NCBI GenBank assembly: GCA_964016885.1
Contig: OZ024766.1
Span: forward strand, 2,976,001 to 3,040,000
DNA: 64,000 bases
Direction of reading: 5' to 3'
Source: Eledone cirrhosa
Lineage: Eukaryota
Both the position numbers and the translations under genes were made by a program. Numbering within the stretch: position 1 is the stretch's first letter; each line of letters opens with the position of its first letter. The notes under the pieces were generated by a model, which was not told where the DNA came from, ran no database searches, and was given only the letters and a program-made list of their open reading frames with translations. Of the stretch, positions 60,970-64,000 are shown piece by piece.

Positions 60970-61775
60970 AGACATACAGTGTGTACGTATGAGAGAGAGA
61001 AATAGACGTGTGTGTAGAAATATGTGTAAGTGTTGTAATAAATTAAGATATTTGACTTCAGATAGAAAAGTTCACAATGTTTGTGTTGTGATGGAAAAGG
61101 AAATAATACGAACTCTAGTTTTCAAGACCAAATATAAAGTCAAGAAAAGTTAGTAAAAACTAAATGTTCACTGATTTCTGATTAAAATAATATTTTCCTG
61201 TCCCGGAAAATGTTGAACAACCTCTTCAATATTTAATAATACAGGTGATAAAACAACAACTATAAGGTAAATAAGTCACCGTATGTTATTTACAAACATT
61301 CACGTCCACCTTAATATGAAATAATCACCATAAAAGATAAAATTAGATGAGGTTTAAGTTGGAACAATGGAGCTGATATAAATGGTAATATTTCACTGTC
61401 TAGTTGACACCGGTGTCATGACTTAAAAGTCCCCCCACATAATTTAATACATTCAGAAACAACTTCCGTTATGTTAATTCACACGTTCAATCAATATGCT
61501 AGTAATTTATTCAGATTTGTATAAATAACATTATTAATTTTACATAACTGTTCATATTAAAACAAAACACATTATTAAAGGTAATAAAATATTTAATAAA
61601 TGGAAATAAAGAAAAAACAAAAAAGAATCAAGCAACGAAAATAATATAGAGGGATATAATGCCACCTTCAGTAACAGAGAGCACCATACCGTGTCCTCCA
61701 CTCCCTAATTATTGTGGTAATCTTCAATGTTTGGTAGTATATTTGTTCCATTTGAGGGAGTAATATATATATTAA

Positions 61776-61806
<31 letters not shown>

Positions 61807-61807
61807 A

Positions 61808-61940
61808 CGAAGGAAATGTGGTAAGGAACCAGGTAGACCATAACGCACCAAAGTACTCAATACTTAGGGTAGTAGAGTGGGTAAAAGGAACGAGTAGGAC
61901 CCCGACGTTGAGCTCAGCCATCGGGGTCCTACTCGTTCCT
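61808..61940. mobile_element. Short fold-back element (20-bp perfect arms at 61886-61905 and 61921-61940, unique tail on the left) in (TA)n
   Basis: AGGAACGAGTAGGACCCCGA / TCGGGGTCCTACTCGTTCCT; TA repeats on both sides. Confidence 0.55.
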
Positions 61941-61998
61941 ATATATATATATATTAAAATACAGATATTAATAAAATAGATGTTCTTTTGATCAATTA

Positions 61999-62053
61999 CA
62001 TTTTATTATACATATTTCGGATGTACAACAGTACGTCCTCATCAGACAAAATA
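61999..62053 (-). ncRNA. Minimal type I hammerhead ribozyme motif
   Basis: Minus strand reads TATTTTGT-CTGATGA-GGACGTAC tgtt GTACATCC-GAAA-TATGTA-TA-ATAAAATG: 8-bp stem I, G10.1-C11.1 pair and self-complementary ATATGTAT. Confidence 0.8.
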
Positions 62054-62142
62054 TGATACATGACATACCCTGAGATGTTAAATGGTTAAGATTGATTAAA
62101 TCTTAACCATTTAACATCTCAGGGTATGTCATGTATCATTAT

Positions 62143-62195
62143 ATTTTATCTGATGAGGACGTACTACTGTACCTCTGAAAGATGTATAATAAAAT
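62143..62195 (+). ncRNA. Minimal hammerhead motif, more degenerate mirror copy
   Basis: CTGATGA at 62150 and GAAA at 62177; the stem III palindrome is broken (AGATGTAT). Confidence 0.55.
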
Positions 62196-62337
62196 TTAAT
62201 TGATCCAAAGAACATCTATTTTATTAATATCTGTATTTTAATATATATAACTCTGGAAAATTATTTTTTCTTGTAGAGTGCTTCCAATCTACTGTAAAAC
62301 TCATTCTTTGATGTACTCATTGAATCTTGTTTAACTC

Positions 62338-62385
<48 letters not shown>

Positions 62386-63227
62386 ATATTATATAAATGG
62401 AAACTATATTTATAAAACCATATTTATTCTATTATATATATTTCAATGGTACCAAAAATTTATCTTATTACATTACAACAGGTTGTAAGTATATAAATAT
62501 CTATATAGATTAATAATTGTGCAAGTATAAGTATTACTGGTGATTTTATAGAAATAGAAAAAGCCACAATTATTAGTTGTTTATATTTCTAATATGAGTT
62601 TCGAAGGATATTGATTTTGTATTTTCCATTAAAAAAAAACAACACGTAGTTCAAGTTGCAAGAAGAGAACAATTTGTAGATTCAAATATTTTGTTCCAAC
62701 ATTGAAAATGTTTTCAGAATATTGTTAATTTACCGAAGTTATATAGTTTATCATACAAGTTATAATATTTATGTTTGCCCGACTGAAAGGAAAGGGAAAA
62801 AATAACTCCAATCTTGTTTGTTAACCGTTAAATTTGATGAATGATTTACTCATAAATATATAGAGAAAATTATATATTATTTTGTGTGAGATTAATTTTT
62901 CAAGGATGAGAGTTTCAATTGTATATTATTTTAGTCTAAAGATGTGTGCAAGTTTAAAGATCAAAGAAGAGGAAAAAAGTATTGTGCATTTAGAAGAACT
63001 ATCGTAAAGAGGATAACTTTCAGAATGTCAATTAAAGATTATCAATCTACATCTAAAAAAAAAAAAAATAGATTTAGAGGAGTGTCATTAAGAAAATAAT
63101 GTCAAATGTTAAAAATATTAAAATATTAAAATTAAGGAAGATCATTTAAAACAATTAAAATTTTTAAAGAAAATACTCAGTAAATAATAGGATCATTTTA
63201 AAGGTGTATCAGATATAGTCAAATGTA

Positions 63228-64000
63228 ATCATCATCATCATCATTTTACGTCCACTTTTCCCTGCTTGCAAGGGTGGGACGGGTCTTATTCAGCACAGCA
63301 TCTCCCCACCCGCCACGGTCCCCTGCCATCCCCACCGCGAGCCTCAGCGATCTGAGGTCTGTTCTCACCACCTCCGCCCATGTTTTTCGTGGTCTACCTC
63401 TACCATGTTTTCCTTCAACTGGCATTTCCTGACCCATCGGTCATCCTCCATGTGCATCACATGTCCATACCACCTCAGTCTCCTCTCTCGCACACTACAT
63501 TCTATCCTTCTCAGACACAGTTTCTCTCTCAACACATCCATGCTGGGTCGTTCACACACATTGACACTGCACATCCAATGGAGCATATCCTCTGCAGTTG
63601 CTGCCCATGTCTCACTACCATGCAGCATATAATCGGCCTTTCGTCAGCAGAGGAAGCAGCTCCCTAAATTTCTTCCAACCCGTCCTTATTCTAGATACTA
63701 TGGCCTTGGAACACCCCCCTCCCATACTAATCTGATCTAGGTACCGGAAGCTATCCACCACTTCTATAGCACCCGCCTGCATTTGAAAAATGTGTCTATC
63801 ACTGCAACTTCTACTGTCTAATTTCCCTGTACATCTACTGCATATGTATTTCTCCCTACCTGTTAGTTTGCCTGCTATCCTGCTACATCTCTTGTGTACC
63901 CAAGATCTGCATTGTGTGCATTTTATAGAATTTATGCCAGTTCCTTTTCTACATATCGAACATGGCCATTTCCCTGACAGAATCAGAGTTTTGTCCTCTT
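63228..64000 (-). mobile_element. RTE-clade LINE 3' portion with (GAT)n tail, running off the window end
   Basis: MLHGSETW, RERRLRWYGHVMHM and GRGRPRKTW motifs with frameshifts; PHD-like Cys/His segment at ~63830-63975. Confidence 0.92.

Larger units (their letters stand above)
61945..62340. mobile_element. Fold-back element (~150-bp imperfect arms at 61945-62093 and 62099-62249, plus tail) in (TA)n; probable Penelope-like inverted pLTR remnant
   Basis: Inverted arms with a few mismatches and hammerhead motifs. The tail shares TGTAGAGTGCTTC with the tail of 41041-41460. Confidence 0.75.

Overview
Eukaryotic, AT-rich genomic DNA containing a tandem cluster of KRAB-less poly-C2H2 zinc-finger genes, all on the minus strand. 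There are 11 long ZNF ORFs, two pseudogene fragments and one orphan 5' flank. They fall into two homologous families: A (MEDVK... leader) and B/C (MS[QE]YSCEIC start). The finger consensus, SINE types and RTE LINEs suggest an octopus or other coleoid cephalopod; this is inferred, not proven. The cluster shows birth-and-death evolution: a near-identical 4545-bp tandem amplification with a breakpoint inside a finger array, precise whole-finger indels, and fossil finger arrays 3' of the stops. Intergenic DNA holds tRNA-SINEs, RTE LINE fragments (two with a PHD-like insert), a piggyBac-type MITE confirmed by empty sites, Tc1/mariner and hAT relics, and minisatellites. The least expected signal is a set of fold-back elements in (TA)n tracts (41041-41720, 61808-62340). 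Several carry minimal hammerhead-ribozyme folds with palindromic stem III, as described for Penelope-like pLTRs. Two of these hammerheads lie in sense orientation about 1.35-1.39 kb upstream of the ATGs of two sister ZNF genes. Coordinates were read by eye and repeat boundaries are approximate.
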